Positions 23,794 through 38,621 of a stretch of DNA of 64,000 bases are shown piece after piece. Location: assembly GCF_016026235.1 (NCBI RefSeq), contig NZ_CP065613.1. The stretch is one strand, 5' to 3'. Source of the DNA: Escherichia coli (GTDB lineage: Bacteria > Pseudomonadota > Gammaproteobacteria > Enterobacterales > Enterobacteriaceae). Under the pieces are notes generated by a model. The model was not told the DNA's origin. It did no database searches and saw nothing but the letters and a program-made list of their open reading frames with translations. Every line of letters starts with the position of its first letter. Within the stretch, counting starts at the first letter, position 1. The position numbers were made by a program, and so were the translations under genes.

Positions 23794-23867
23794 GGCCTGA
23801 TAAGACGCGCCAGCGTCACATCAGGCAATCCATGCCGGATGCGGCGTAAACGCCTTATCCCGCATGG
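23794..23867. repeat. REP/BIME element
   Basis: ggcctgataagacgcgccagcgtcacatcaggc and gccggatgcggcgtaaacgccttatcccgcatg between infB and rbfA. Confidence 0.5.
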
Positions 23868-23880
23868 AACCCTAAAAACC

Positions 23881-26553
23881 TTAAGCGATGGTACGTTGGA
23901 TCTCGATGATTTCGAATACTTCGATCACATCGCCAGTGCGGACGTCGTTGTAGTTCTTAACGCCGATACCACATTCCATACCGTTACGGACTTCGTTAAC
24001 GTCATCTTTGAAGCGGCGCAGGGACTCCAGCTCGCCTTCATAGATAACCACGTTGTCACGCAGAACGCGGATCGGGTTGTGACGTTTAACCACACCTTCG
24101 GTAACCATACAGCCTGCGATGGCACCAAATTTCGGCGATTTGAACACGTCACGAACTTCCGCCAGACCGATAATCTGCTGTTTCAGTTCCGGAGACAGCA
24201 TACCGCTCATCGCCGCTTTCACTTCGTCGATCAGGTTATAGATGACGGAGTAGTAACGCAGATCCAGGCTTTCCGCTTCAATCACTTTACGTGCAGAGGC
24301 ATCAGCACGTACGTTGAAGCCAACCAGGATGGCGTTGGACGCCGCAGCCAGGGTGGCGTCGGTTTCGGTGATACCACCTACGCCAGAACCGATGATCTTC
24401 ACTTTAACTTCGTCAGTAGACAGTTTCAGCAAGGAGTCGGAGATCGCTTCCACAGAACCCTGTACGTCTGCCTTCAGGACGATATTCACTTCGTGAACTT
24501 CGCCTTCGGTCATGTTGGCGAACATGTTCTCGAGTTTAGATTTCTGCTGACGCGCCAGTTTAACTTCGCGGAATTTACCCTGACGATAGAGTGCAACTTC
24601 ACGCGCTTTCTTCTCGTCACGTACAACGGTAACTTCATCACCCGCAGCCGGAACACCGGATAAGCCGAGGATTTCCACCGGAATGGACGGACCCGCTTCC
24701 AGCACTTCCTGACCCAGTTCGTTACGCATCGCACGAACACGACCGTATTCGAAGCCACACAGAACGATATCGCCCTTGTGCAGAGTACCTTCACGTACCA
24801 GAACGGTAGCAACCGGACCACGACCTTTATCGAGGAAGGATTCGATAACCGCACCGCTCGCCATACCTTTACGTACCGCTTTCAGCTCCAGAACTTCCGC
24901 CTGCAGCAGGATAGCGTCCAGCAGTTCATCGATACCGGTACCCGCTTTCGCAGATACGTGTACGAACTGGCTTTCACCGCCCCACTCTTCCGGCAGGATG
25001 CCGTACTGGGAGAGTTCGTTCTTAACGCGATCCGGATCGGCTTCTGGTTTATCGATCTTGTTCACTGCAACCACCACCGGTACCTGCGCCGCTTTCGCGT
25101 GCTGGATTGCTTCGATGGTCTGCGGCATTACGCCGTCGTCGGCAGCAACAACCAGGACTACGATGTCAGTTGCCTGCGCACCACGTGCACGCATTGAAGT
25201 AAACGCAGCGTGCCCCGGGGTGTCCAGGAAGGTGATCATGCCGTTTTCAGTTTCAACGTGGTATGCACCAATGTGCTGGGTAATGCCGCCCGCTTCGCCA
25301 GAGGCCACTTTCGTTGAGCGAATGTAGTCCAGCAGAGAGGTTTTACCGTGGTCAACGTGACCCATGATGGTCACAACCGGCGCGCGCGGTTCAGCCGCAG
25401 CACCCGTGTCACGGTCGCTCATTACCGCCTCTTCCAGCTCGTTTTCACGACGCAGGATAACTTTGTGGCCCATCTCTTCAGCAACCAGCTGTGCGGTTTC
25501 CTGATCGATAACCTGGTTGATGGTTGCCATTGCGCCCAGTTTCATCATCGCTTTGATGACCTGAGAGCCTTTAACCGCCATCTTGTTCGCCAGTTCGCCA
25601 ACGGTGATGGTTTCGCCGATCACAACGTCACGGTTAACGGCCTGAGCTGGCTTCTGGAAGCCTTGCTGCAGGGAAGAACCTTTACGTTTTCCGCCTTTAC
25701 CGCCACGTACTGCTGCGCGTGCTTCTTCACGATCAGCTTTTGATTCAGCGTGTTTGTTGCCTTTCTTCGGACGCGCTGCTTTCGCGTTACGACCACGGCC
25801 ACGGCCGCCTTCGACTTCACGATCGCTTTCGTCTTCTGCCTGGCGAGCATGTTGAGAAGTAGTGACGTGATAATCGCTGGAATCTTCAGTCGGTTCCGCG
25901 TTATCAGTCCATTTGTTTTCTTCCGCCATACGACGTGCTTCTTCAGCAACGCGACGTGCTTCTTCTTCGAGTTTACGACGCGCTTCTTCTTCGGCTTTAC
26001 GCTTGAGCTCTGCAGCTTCCTGCTCACGGCGGGCTTTTTCAGCTTGGGCGTTTTTAGTCATATCGTCTTGTTGATTGCTCACTTTGTCTTTTTCCGCAGC
26101 TTCACGTTTCGCTTGTTCAGCAGCTTCACGCTTAGCTTGTTCTGCGGCCTCACGTTCAGCTTTTTGTTGCGCCTCGCGTTTAGCCGATTCTTCTGCCTCA
26201 CGACGGGCTTGCTCTTCCGCTTCACGCTGCGCTTGCTCTTCCGCTGCAAGGCGTTCAGCCTCTTGCGGATCGCGTTTCACAAAGGTGCGTTTCTTGCGGA
26301 CTTCGATTTGTACCGATTTGCTTTTTCCACCGGTACCAGGAATGTTAAGGGTGCTGCGTGTTTTACGTTGCAGCGTCAATTTGTCCGGGCCTGAATTTTT
26401 CTGATTCAGGTGGTCAATCAAAGTCTGTTTCTCTTGTGCAGACACAGAGTCGTCAGCAGACTTCCGGATACCTGCATCAGCAAATTGCTGTACCAGGCGT
26501 TCCACGGAGGTCTGTCGCTCTGCGGCCAGCGTTTTAATCGTTACATCTGTCAT
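23881..26553 (-). CDS. infB: Translation initiation factor IF-2
   Basis: 890 aa; G-domain motifs ([17 protein letters not shown]); repetitive EAxxQAKREA N-terminal region. Confidence 0.95.
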
Positions 26554-26577
26554 GCTGTTCCTTCCTGCTACAGTTTA

Positions 26578-28065
<1,488 letters not shown>

Positions 28066-28092
28066 CGCGGGCTTTTCACCTCATCCAGACTA

Positions 28093-28545
28093 TTAAAAGT
28101 GGGGAACCAGGTTCGCCTTCTGGATATTACTCAGCGCGAACACTTCATCTTTACCTTCGACGGTAACTGTGATCATTTCACCGTCTACCGCTTTGATAAC
28201 GCCCTGCCATTTACGACGGTTTTGTACCGCCATACGGAGAACCAGAGTCACCTCTTCTCCGACAAAACGGGCGTAGTGTTCAGCCGTGAACAGTGGGCGA
28301 TCGAGACCCGGTGAGGAGACTTCCAGGTTATAAGCAACGGTGATGGGATCTTCAACATCCAGCACAGCACTTACCTGGTGGCTCACATCAGCACAATCAT
28401 CAACATTGATGCCATCTTCACTATCAATATAGATGCGCAGTGTGGATGTGCGACCGCGAATAAATTCGATGCCAACCAGTTCAAAACCCAGGGCCTCAAC
28501 TGGCGCAGTAATCATCTCTGTTAATTTTTGCTCTAATGTGGACAA
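28093..28545 (-). CDS. rimP: Ribosome maturation factor RimP
   Basis: 150 aa if initiated at UUG (caa at 28543-28545); the ORF track offers an ATG 4 codons upstream. Confidence 0.85.
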
Positions 28546-28751
28546 GCCCACCCCCAAGACATAAAAAAAGGGCCTAAAGCCCAGTTATTCTGTAGTCAGA
28601 TAACAAAAAACCCCGATAAATCGGGGCTTTATATAACTGAACCCTATAACCGCAACTGCGGTCTGGAGCACTTTCCAGAAGGATTTTTTCAAATCCCACT
28701 ACGAAGGTCGAAGTCTTCACAGTATATTTGAAAAAGGACTCTAAGGGAAAG

Positions 28752-28828
<77 letters not shown>

Positions 28829-29086
28829 CCTGAAACGTGGCAAATTCTACTCGTTTTGGGTAAAAGATGCAAATACTGCTGGGATTTGGTGTACCGAGAC
28901 GGGACGTAAAATCTGCAGGCATTATAGTGATCCATGCCACATTTTGTCAACGTTTATTGCTAATCACGTGAATGAATATCCAGTTCACTTTCATTTGTTG
29001 AATACTTTTGCCTTCTCCTGCTCTCCCTTAAGCGCATTATTTTACAAAAAACACACTAAACTCTTCCTGTCTCCGATAAAAGATGA

Positions 29087-29125
29087 TTAAATGAAAACTC
29101 ATTTATTTTGCATAAAAATTCAGTG
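29087..29125 (+). promoter_or_regulatory. Candidate tandem ARG boxes (ArgR operator) upstream of argG
   Basis: aaTGAAaactCATTta and tTGCATaaaaATTCAg resemble the TGAAT-N8-ATTCA ARG-box consensus, 50-90 nt upstream of the argG ATG. Confidence 0.35.
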
Positions 29126-29160
29126 AGAGCGGAAATCCAGGCTCATCATCAGTTAATTAA

Positions 29161-30519
<1,359 letters not shown>

Positions 30520-30537
30520 TATCATAGCTTTCGTGCT

Positions 30538-30563
30538 AAAGGCCGCAAATGCGGCCTTTTTTT
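30538..30563 (+). terminator. argG rho-independent terminator
   Basis: Hairpin ggccgca/tgcggcc followed by a run of 7 T. Confidence 0.6.
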
Positions 30564-30702
30564 ACGGCTAAGAGAATGTGACTGCGTTTAGGGGCCACCA
30601 TGTCCGAATTCGGAATTAAAGTAAAAGTTAAATGAAATAAAGTAAATTTCAGCGCATTCTATTTTTGCTTTATGTTTTTATGCTCAGTAAAAGGAATGAC
30701 CG

Positions 30703-31656
30703 ATGAATGGTAAATATTTTGTACGCCTCGCATTACATACTCTGAAATGCACTCAAAAAGATTTAGCAAGCCACTTAGGTGTTTCCTCAACACAAATTAG
30801 CAAGTGGAAAAAAGGGGAACACATGTCCGCTGATATGGAAAAAAAGTTCAGAAATATTACACAAATAGGAGATTATTCTCCTCAACTAGTTGAATGGACA
30901 GGCTCAGTCGCGAATGCTGAGAAATGGGATCGACTTATCCATTTTCTTGCTCGACGAGCTATGGACGATGCTGAAACGGGTTATATAACACAACTTCTTA
31001 CTGACGAAGATGGTTTTTTGGTTGAAGAAACAATTGATGTATTAAAGCGAATAGGTTTTCCTACACCTCTTTCCTTTCCTGAAGGACTTAATATTGACGA
31101 CGATAATGCTGATGAAGAAGAGGCTTTTTGGGAGATATTAGAGAGCAATGCTCATTGTTCTGTAATTAATGATATTTATCATGCTCTGAATGATGTTTAT
31201 GGTTTCTACATAGCATATGTTGATGAGTTGATTCAGGACGACGATTTAGATGTCTATTCAAGCGAAGCCATCAATATTCAGAGTTCATTGATATCACTTG
31301 CTGCATGCAAAATTGAAATTGATACTCCTGTTGCGTCAAACTTTAAAGAATTTCGTTATAGAGTTAAAAAAGACTACGAAAATTGGTTGAATCAACTCAA
31401 GATGATGGCATTCAGGGCGGGAATTCCGTTAAGAGCCGAACTTCTGGAAATGGTTTATAACACCGCTGACCAACTTAGCGTTGCAGCAGAAGCCGAACGT
31501 TTCGATTTCAATAAATCTCGCATTCATCCAGATATATACATGAACGAGATCCTTACTGGCATGAGAATAATTCACCAAGTGCTTCCGGTAATAATGCAAA
31601 AGTTAGAAATTACAGATTTCAAACTAGATGAAACAGATTTATGCCTGGGTAAATAG
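30703..31656 (+). CDS. Uncharacterised 317-aa protein with N-terminal XRE-type HTH and acidic C-terminal domain of unknown function (replaces yhbX of K-12 at this locus)
   Basis: Only long frame in a roughly 1.1-kb AT-rich block; RBS aagga lies 8 nt upstream of the ATG. Residues about 10-45 (LKCTQKDLASHLGVSSTQISKWKKGEH) fit the Cro/C1 HTH pattern. I recognise no motif in the remainder. Confidence 0.6.
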   Translation: MNGKYFVRLALHTLKCTQKDLASHLGVSSTQISKWKKGEHMSADMEKKFRNITQIGDYSPQLVEWTGSVANAEKWDRLIHFLARRAMDDAETGYITQLLTDEDGFLVEETIDVLKRIGFPTPLSFPEGLNIDDDNADEEEAFWEILESNAHCSVINDIYHALNDVYGFYIAYVDELIQDDDLDVYSSEAINIQSSLISLAACKIEIDTPVASNFKEFRYRVKKDYENWLNQLKMMAFRAGIPLRAELLEMVYNTADQLSVAAEAERFDFNKSRIHPDIYMNEILTGMRIIHQVLPVIMQKLEITDFKLDETDLCLGK

Positions 31657-31692
31657 TTATCAAATTAAGAATACTTAACCTGGCTTATAAAA

Positions 31693-31725
31693 CGAAAAAA
31701 GACGCTTTTCAGCGTCTCTTTTCTG
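31693..31725. terminator. Bidirectional rho-independent terminator (tRNA-Leu/secG operon and the islet gene)
   Basis: Hairpin gacgct-tttc-agcgtc flanked by an A-run on one side and a T-rich tract on the other. Confidence 0.55.
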
Positions 31726-31730
31726 GAATT

Positions 31731-31817
31731 TGGTACCGAGGACGGGACTTGAACCCGTAAGCCCTATTGGGCACTACCACCTCAAGGTAGCGTGTCTACC
31801 AATTCCACCACCTCGGC
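31731..31817 (-). tRNA. leuU: tRNA-Leu (anticodon GAG)
   Basis: The reverse complement reads GCCGAGGTGGTGGAATTGGTAGACACGCTACCTTGAGGTGGTAGTGCCCAATAGGGCTTACGGGTTCAAGTCCCGTCCTCGGTACCA, an 87-nt class II tRNA. Confidence 0.9.
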
Positions 31818-31831
31818 ACGGAAACTACTTT

Positions 31832-32164
31832 TTAGTTCGGGATATCGCTGGTCGGCTTAGCCGGAGCAGCTGGCTGAGTTTGTTCGGTTTTCGCCGGCGC
31901 ACTCAGGTTTTCCCATTCGCTACCTTTATTGGTTTTGTTGCTATTGATGTTACCCAGCACCAGACTGATGATGAAGAATAACGTTGCCAGCAACGCCGTC
32001 ATGCGGGTCATGAAGTTACCAGAACCACTTGAACCAAACAGCGTAGCGGAAGCGCCTGCTCCGAAGGAGGCTCCCATATCAGCGCCTTTACCTTGCTGCA
32101 GCATGATCAGACCAACAAGGCCAATTGCCACAATAAGGAAAACTACCAAAAGAGCTTCGTACAT
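31832..32164 (-). CDS. secG: Preprotein translocase subunit SecG
   Basis: 110 aa from MYEALLVVFLIVAIGLVGLIMLQQGKGADMG. Confidence 0.9.
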   Translation of the reverse strand: MYEALLVVFLIVAIGLVGLIMLQQGKGADMGASFGAGASATLFGSSGSGNFMTRMTALLATLFFIISLVLGNINSNKTNKGSEWENLSAPAKTEQTQPAAPAKPTSDIPN

Positions 32165-32391
32165 AATCAACCTGTTCCTTGCGGAGTTGCCGCGTACCAA
32201 TGCTTCAACCAATAAAGCGGGAGTTTTTAATCTTTCCCACTGAAGCGGGTGTGAATACTAACCAAAGCGAATGACCTTCGCAAGGGCAATTTTATCGCAT
32301 TGTATCAACTGCGGAAAAAAACAGCAAAACCGATGTGTTCGCCGAGAAAAAAGGCGACAATCGCCGCCTTTTTAGCCAGTTATCTAACGCT

Positions 32392-33729
32392 TTAAACGGC
32401 TTTTACTGCATCGGCGATGCGGTGTGCAAATTCAGTCACCTGCGCTTCGTCTTCGCCTTCCACCATCACGCGAATTAACGGTTCGGTGCCGGATTTACGC
32501 AACAGCACACGTCCACGGCTACCCAGCGCCGCTTCAACTTCTGCGGTCACGGCTTTAACTGACTCATGCTCAAGCGGATCGCCGCTACCTGCGGTGTAAC
32601 GCACGTTTACCAGGATTTGCGGGAACATTTTCATGCCGCTGCAAAGGTCGTGCAGGCTCATATGGTTACGCGCCATCGCCGCCAGCACCTGCAAACCAGC
32701 AACGATGCCGTCACCGGTAGTGGTTTTATCCAGCAGGATCACATGACCGGAATTCTCTGCACCGATACGCCAGCCTTTCTCCTGCATTTTTTCCAGTACG
32801 TAGCGGTCACCCACTTTCGCGCGCGCAAATGGAATACCTAACTGTTTCAGCGCCAGTTCAAGCCCCATGTTGCTCATCAATGTACCCACAGCGCCACCAC
32901 GCAGCTGGCCCTGACGAAGACCTTCACGCGCGATGATATACATGATCTGATCGCCATCGACTTTATTGCCTTCATGGTCAACCATAATCACGCGATCGCC
33001 GTCGCCGTCGAAGGCAATACCGAGATCCGCTTTTTCAGCCAGCACACGAGCCTGGAGCGCGCGAACGTCGGTAGCCCCCACTTCGGCATTGATGTTTACA
33101 CCGTTTGGCTCACAACCGATAGCGATAACATTCGCTCCCAGTTCGCGCAGCACGTTCGGCGCGATGTGATAAGTCGCACCGTTTGCGCAATCCACCACAA
33201 TCTTCAGTTCACTGAGGCTAAGTTCGTTCGGGAACGTGGCTTTGCAAAACTCGATATAGCGACCCGCAGCATCAACGATACGGCTGGCTTTACCCAGTTC
33301 TGCCGAATCAACACAGCTGATCTCTTTTTCCATTTCCGCTTCGATGGCTTCTTCAACTGCATCCGGCAGCTTAGTACCGTCAATAGAAAAGAATTTAATG
33401 CCATTATCGTAGAACGGGTTATGCGATGCAGATATCACAATTCCGGCCTCTGCGCGGAAGGTACGCGTCAGATAAGCCACGGCCGGTGTTGGCATCGGGC
33501 CAGTGAAGAGTGCGGAAAGGCCCGCAGCCGCCAGCCCCGCTTCCAGTGCTGACTCCAGCATATAGCCAGAAATACGCGTGTCTTTACCAATAATAATCTT
33601 ACGGGAGCCGTGGCGCGCCAGCACTTTACCCGCGGCCCAACCCAGCTTAAGCACAAAATCAGGTGTGATCGGCGCATCCCCTACACGACCACGAATCCCA
33701 TCGGTACCGAAATATTTACGATTACTCAT
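32392..33729 (-). CDS. glmM: Phosphoglucosamine mutase
   Basis: 445 aa; active-site serine loop SASHNP. Confidence 0.95.
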   Translation of the reverse strand: MSNRKYFGTDGIRGRVGDAPITPDFVLKLGWAAGKVLARHGSRKIIIGKDTRISGYMLESALEAGLAAAGLSALFTGPMPTPAVAYLTRTFRAEAGIVISASHNPFYDNGIKFFSIDGTKLPDAVEEAIEAEMEKEISCVDSAELGKASRIVDAAGRYIEFCKATFPNELSLSELKIVVDCANGATYHIAPNVLRELGANVIAIGCEPNGVNINAEVGATDVRALQARVLAEKADLGIAFDGDGDRVIMVDHEGNKVDGDQIMYIIAREGLRQGQLRGGAVGTLMSNMGLELALKQLGIPFARAKVGDRYVLEKMQEKGWRIGAENSGHVILLDKTTTGDGIVAGLQVLAAMARNHMSLHDLCSGMKMFPQILVNVRYTAGSGDPLEHESVKAVTAEVEAALGSRGRVLLRKSGTEPLIRVMVEGEDEAQVTEFAHRIADAVKAV

Positions 33730-34570
33730 AGCGTTTGTTTTCCTTTGCAGACAGAGTGGCTTCCACCACCCGCATCGCTTCTACGGTTTCTTTGACGTCA
33801 TGAACACGAATGATGTGCGCGCCTTGCATTGCGGCAATGACCGCACAGGCCAGACTACCGCTCAGGCGCTCGGACGGCCCCACGTTCAGCAGCTGCCCAA
33901 TCATCGATTTTCGTGACATACCCACCAACAGCGGCAGGTTGAAATGGTGAAATTCAGCCAGGCGCGCCAGTAATGAATAGTTATGGGAGAGATTTTTACC
34001 GAAACCGAATCCGGGGTCGAGCAACAATTTCTCTTTTGCGATACCCGCCTGCTCGCAACGTGCTATTTGCTCAATAAAGTAGCGATTCACTTCTGCAAAG
34101 ACATCGTCATACTTCGGGGCTTCCTGCATGGTTTTTGGATTTCCCTGCATATGCATCAGACAAACCGGTAAACCGGTTTCTGCAGCCGCCTCCAGAGCGC
34201 CAGGTTCGGAAAGGGAGCGGATATCGTTAATAATGTGAGCGCCAACTTTCGCTGACTCACGGATGACTTCTGGTTTGGATGTATCGACCGAGATCCAGAC
34301 TTCGAAGCGTTGAGCAATTGCCTCAACCACAGGAATAACACGTTGCAACTCTTCTTCAACGCTAACTTCCGCCGCCCCTGGGCGCGTGGACTCGCCACCA
34401 ACGTCAATGATCGTCGCGCCAGCGTTGATCATCAGATTCGCATGTTTCACCGCATCTATCAGCGAGTTATGCGTGCCACCATCCGAAAAGGAATCAGGCG
34501 TGACGTTGAGGATCCCCATTACGTGAGGATGGCTAAGGTCCAGTGAAGTGCCCTGGGCAAAGAGTTTCAT
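33722..34570 (-). CDS. folP: Dihydropteroate synthase
   Basis: 282 aa from [32 protein letters not shown]; the 5' end overlaps the glmM start by 8 nt. Confidence 0.9.
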
Positions 34571-34586
34571 GGTGTTATCCCTGGTA

Positions 34587-34616
34587 TGAATTGATAAGAA
34601 AAAACCCCGGAGCACG
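34587..34616 (-). terminator. Rho-independent terminator downstream of ftsH
   Basis: GC-rich hairpin ccccgg/ccgggg followed on the minus strand by a run of 6 T. Confidence 0.5.
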
Positions 34617-34659
34617 CCCCGGGGTTTTCGGTACAAATACAGTCATCTGATGCGGGAAC

Positions 34660-36594
34660 TTACTTGTCGCCTAACTGCTCTGACATGGTGTTACCCGGGT
34701 TCGGCGTACGCGGTTCATCAACCGGACGAGGAGCCTTTGGACTACCATTGTCGCCAGAATTGTTAGAAGCGCCTGGTTCTTCCCAGCCCGCTGGCGGACG
34801 TACATCGCGACGTGCCATCAGGTCATCAATCTGCGGTGCGTCGATAGTCTCATATTTCATGAGAGCATCTTTCATCGCATGCAGAATATCCATATTGTCG
34901 GTCAGAAGCTGACGCGCACGATTATAGTTACGCTCAATCAGTGCTTTCACTTCCTGGTCGATGATACGTGCAGTTTCATCGGACATATGTTTCGCTTTCG
35001 CTACGCTACGGCCGAGGAACACTTCACCTTCTTCTTCCGCGTACAGCAGTGGACCCAATTTCTCAGAGAAGCCCCACTGAGTCACCATGTTACGTGCCAG
35101 GTTGGTCGCAACTTTAATATCGTTGGACGCACCGGTAGAAACATGTTCCGGCCCGTAGATGATCTCTTCTGCCAGACGACCACCGTACAGCGTAGAAATC
35201 TGGCTTTCCAGTTTCTGACGGCTGGCGCTGATTGCGTCGCCCTCAGGCAAGAAGAAAGTCACACCCAGCGCACGACCGCGTGGGATAATCGTCACTTTGT
35301 GCACCGGATCGTGCTCCGGCACCAGGCGACCGATAATCGCATGACCCGCTTCGTGGTAAGCCGTCGATTCTTTCTGCGCTTCCGTCATCACCATGGAGCG
35401 ACGTTCCGCACCCATCATGATTTTGTCTTTCGCTTTCTCGAACTCAACCATCGACACAACGCGTTTGTTGCCACGAGCAGCGAACAGTGCCGCTTCGTTC
35501 ACCAGGTTCGCCAGGTCAGCACCGGAGAAACCAGGAGTACCACGGGCAATGATTGCCGCGTCGATATCGGGTGCCAATGGTACGCGACGCATGTGAACTT
35601 TCAGGATCTGCTCACGACCGCGAACATCTGGCAAGCCGACCACAACCTGACGGTCGAAACGGCCAGGACGCAGCAGGGCTGGGTCGAGAACGTCCGGACG
35701 GTTAGTCGCGGCGATAACGATGATACCTTCGTTACCTTCGAAGCCATCCATCTCAACCAGCATCTGGTTCAGAGTCTGTTCACGTTCATCGTGACCACCG
35801 CCCAGACCTGCGCCACGCTGGCGGCCTACGGCGTCGATTTCATCGATAAAGATGATGCACGGTGCCGCTTTCTTCGCCTGTTCGAACATGTCACGAACAC
35901 GGGATGCACCCACACCGACGAACATTTCTACGAAGTCAGAACCGGAGATAGTAAAGAACGGAACTTTCGCTTCGCCTGCAATCGCTTTCGCCAGCAGCGT
36001 TTTACCGGTACCTGGAGGACCGACCATCAGGACGCCTTTCGGGATCTTACCGCCGAGTTTCTGGAAGCGGCTCGGCTCGCGCAGATACTCAACCAGTTCA
36101 GCAACTTCTTCTTTTGCTTCGTCGCAGCCCGCAACGTCAGCAAAGGTCGTTTTGATCTGATCTTCCGTCAGCATGCGCGCTTTGCTCTTACCAAACGACA
36201 TGGCACCTTTGCCACCGCCGCCCTGCATTTGACGCATGAAGAAGATCCAGACACCAATCAGCAACAGCATCGGGAACCAGGAGATGAAGATAGAAGCCAG
36301 CAGGCTTGGTTCTTCAGGCGGTTCACCGACAACCTTGACGTTCTTGGTCAACAGGTTATCCAGTAATTTCGGATCCTGAACCGGAATGTAAGTGGTATAA
36401 CGGTTACTATCTTTCTTGGTAACGTTGATTTCACGTCCGTTGATACGCGCTTCACGAACCTGGTCGTTATTGACCTCTTGTAGGAAGGTAGAGTAATCCA
36501 CCTTACGGCCATTAGACTCGCTGGGCCCAAAGCTCTGGAATACTGACATCAGCACAACGGCAATGACCAGCCAGAGTATTAGGTTTTTCGCCAT
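34660..36594 (-). CDS. ftsH: ATP-dependent zinc metalloprotease FtsH
   Basis: 644 aa; Walker A (GPPGTGKT), AAA second region of homology and HEAGH zinc motif. Confidence 0.95.
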
Positions 36595-36693
36595 GTCACT
36601 CAAGGGATTAACCTCTTATTACAACTGTGTTAAAAACAGCGTCAGGATACTCTATATCCAGCATCTTTCAAACTTTCGTCTGAAATCTCCCGG

Positions 36694-37323
36694 TTAGGGT
36701 TTACGCCCGGTCGCTACAATATACACTTCCCGCGAACGTGCACGAGAAGAGTCCGGCTTACGAACTTTGACCTTCGTAAACAGGGAGCGAATTTCCCTTA
36801 GATACTCATCGAAACCTTCGCCCTGGAACACCTTCACTACAAAACTGCCACCTGGCGCTAATACATCACGACACATTTCTAGCGCCAGTTCCACCAGATA
36901 CATGGCACGGGGGATATCCACCGCCGGTGTTCCGCTCATGTTTGGTGCCATATCGGACATGACAACCTGGACTTTGCTGTCGCCAACGCGCTCCAGCAGT
37001 GCTTTCATCACCAGTTCATCACGAAAATCGCCCTGAAGAAAGTCCACACCAACGATAGGATCCATAGGTAAAAGATCGCAAGCGATGATGCGGCCTTTGC
37101 CGCCAATTTGGGTGACCACATATTGTGACCAACCACCCGGAGCAGCACCAAGGTCGACAACCGTCATTCCCGGTTTAAAGAGTTTGTCACTTTGCTGTAT
37201 TTCATCAAGTTTAAACCAGGCACGGGAACGTAACCCCTTTTTCTGTGCCTGTTGAACATATTTATCGCTAAAGTGTTCCTGAAGCCAGCGGCTGGAGCTG
37301 GCAGAACGCTTCTTACCTGTCAT
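36694..37323 (-). CDS. rlmE: 23S rRNA (uridine2552-2'-O)-methyltransferase
   Basis: 209 aa; SAM-binding [13 protein letters not shown]. Confidence 0.95.
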
Positions 37324-37448
37324 TTAACTTTCCCATGGGGATAACTCATCGTAACCAATTGCGTAAATTTTTACGCGCCTATTTGGTGATATATGGGAGA
37401 TGGCGGTAGAATGACCCGTTTTCAATCCCAACGTAAGCAAAAAATACG

Positions 37449-37742
37449 ATGAATCTGAGTACTAAACAAAAACAGCACCTGAAAGGTCTGGCACATCCGC
37501 TCAAGCCAGTTGTTCTGCTTGGCAGTAATGGTTTGACCGAAGGGGTGCTGGCCGAGATTGAACAAGCGTTAGAGCACCATGAACTCATCAAGGTGAAAAT
37601 CGCCACCGAAGATCGCGAAACTAAAACCTTGATCGTGGAAGCTATCGTGCGCGAAACCGGCGCCTGTAATGTACAGGTCATCGGTAAAACGCTGGTGCTT
37701 TATCGCCCAACTAAAGAACGTAAAATCTCGCTGCCACGCTAA
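37449..37742 (+). CDS. yhbY: CRS1/YhbY-domain RNA-binding ribosome assembly protein
   Basis: 97 aa, divergent from rlmE. Confidence 0.9.
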   Translation: MNLSTKQKQHLKGLAHPLKPVVLLGSNGLTEGVLAEIEQALEHHELIKVKIATEDRETKTLIVEAIVRETGACNVQVIGKTLVLYRPTKERKISLPR

Positions 37743-37830
37743 GATTATCCTAAAGTTACACACATTTGCTGTGTAAAACGAGGGGTTTTCCGCAGGCAGG
37801 AGAGCAAAATGCCACGCTCTGTTCGTTGAT

Positions 37831-37856
37831 AAAAGGCCGCATAGCGGCCTTTTTCC
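37831..37856. terminator. Bidirectional terminator between convergent yhbY and greA
   Basis: Hairpin ggccgc-atag-gcggcc flanked by aaaa and tttt. Confidence 0.55.
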
Positions 37857-37897
37857 TTTCTTTACAATACATCAACATCTTGAGTATTGGGTAATTC

Positions 37898-38374
<477 letters not shown>

Positions 38375-38621
38375 TTGTTATACCTCTTGAATATTCCTGA
38401 TGGGGCAAGTCTTCACCCACCCCGGCTGTTCGGCCTGCCCGGCATAACTCCTCACCGGGACCAGAAGCAAAAAAATACCGACCCAGGTACAAGTCCCAGG
38501 TCAGCTACAATTCACATTTTGATAGTCATTTTACCCTGAAGTTCCCGAAGGGTCATCGTTTACTTTATAGGGCGTTGCGCCGTAGTATGACGGCTCGATT
38601 CCAGGTTGTTAGCGCGAGATT

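Noticed and set aside
26040-26260. Tandem direct repeats, considered as a possible CRISPR array or VNTR.
   Set aside because: The repeats are in-frame codons of infB ([10 protein letters not shown] units), with no spacer-repeat architecture and no cas genes anywhere in the window.
23839-26404. Several 100-270-aa plus-strand ORFs (23839-24663, 25750-26394, 26075-26404 and others).
   Set aside because: All antisense to infB. The Ser/Ala/Arg-rich translations reflect the infB repeat region read on the wrong strand.
30566-31725. Integrative genomic island or prophage remnant at tRNA-Leu.
   Set aside because: No integrase, no tRNA 3'-end direct repeat and only one gene. It is better described as a small variable cargo locus, so no mobile-element feature is called here.
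31929-32243. 104-aa plus-strand ORF near secG.
   Set aside because: Antisense to secG; no independent support.
34879-36366. 495-aa plus-strand ORF.
   Set aside because: Antisense to ftsH. A shadow ORF.
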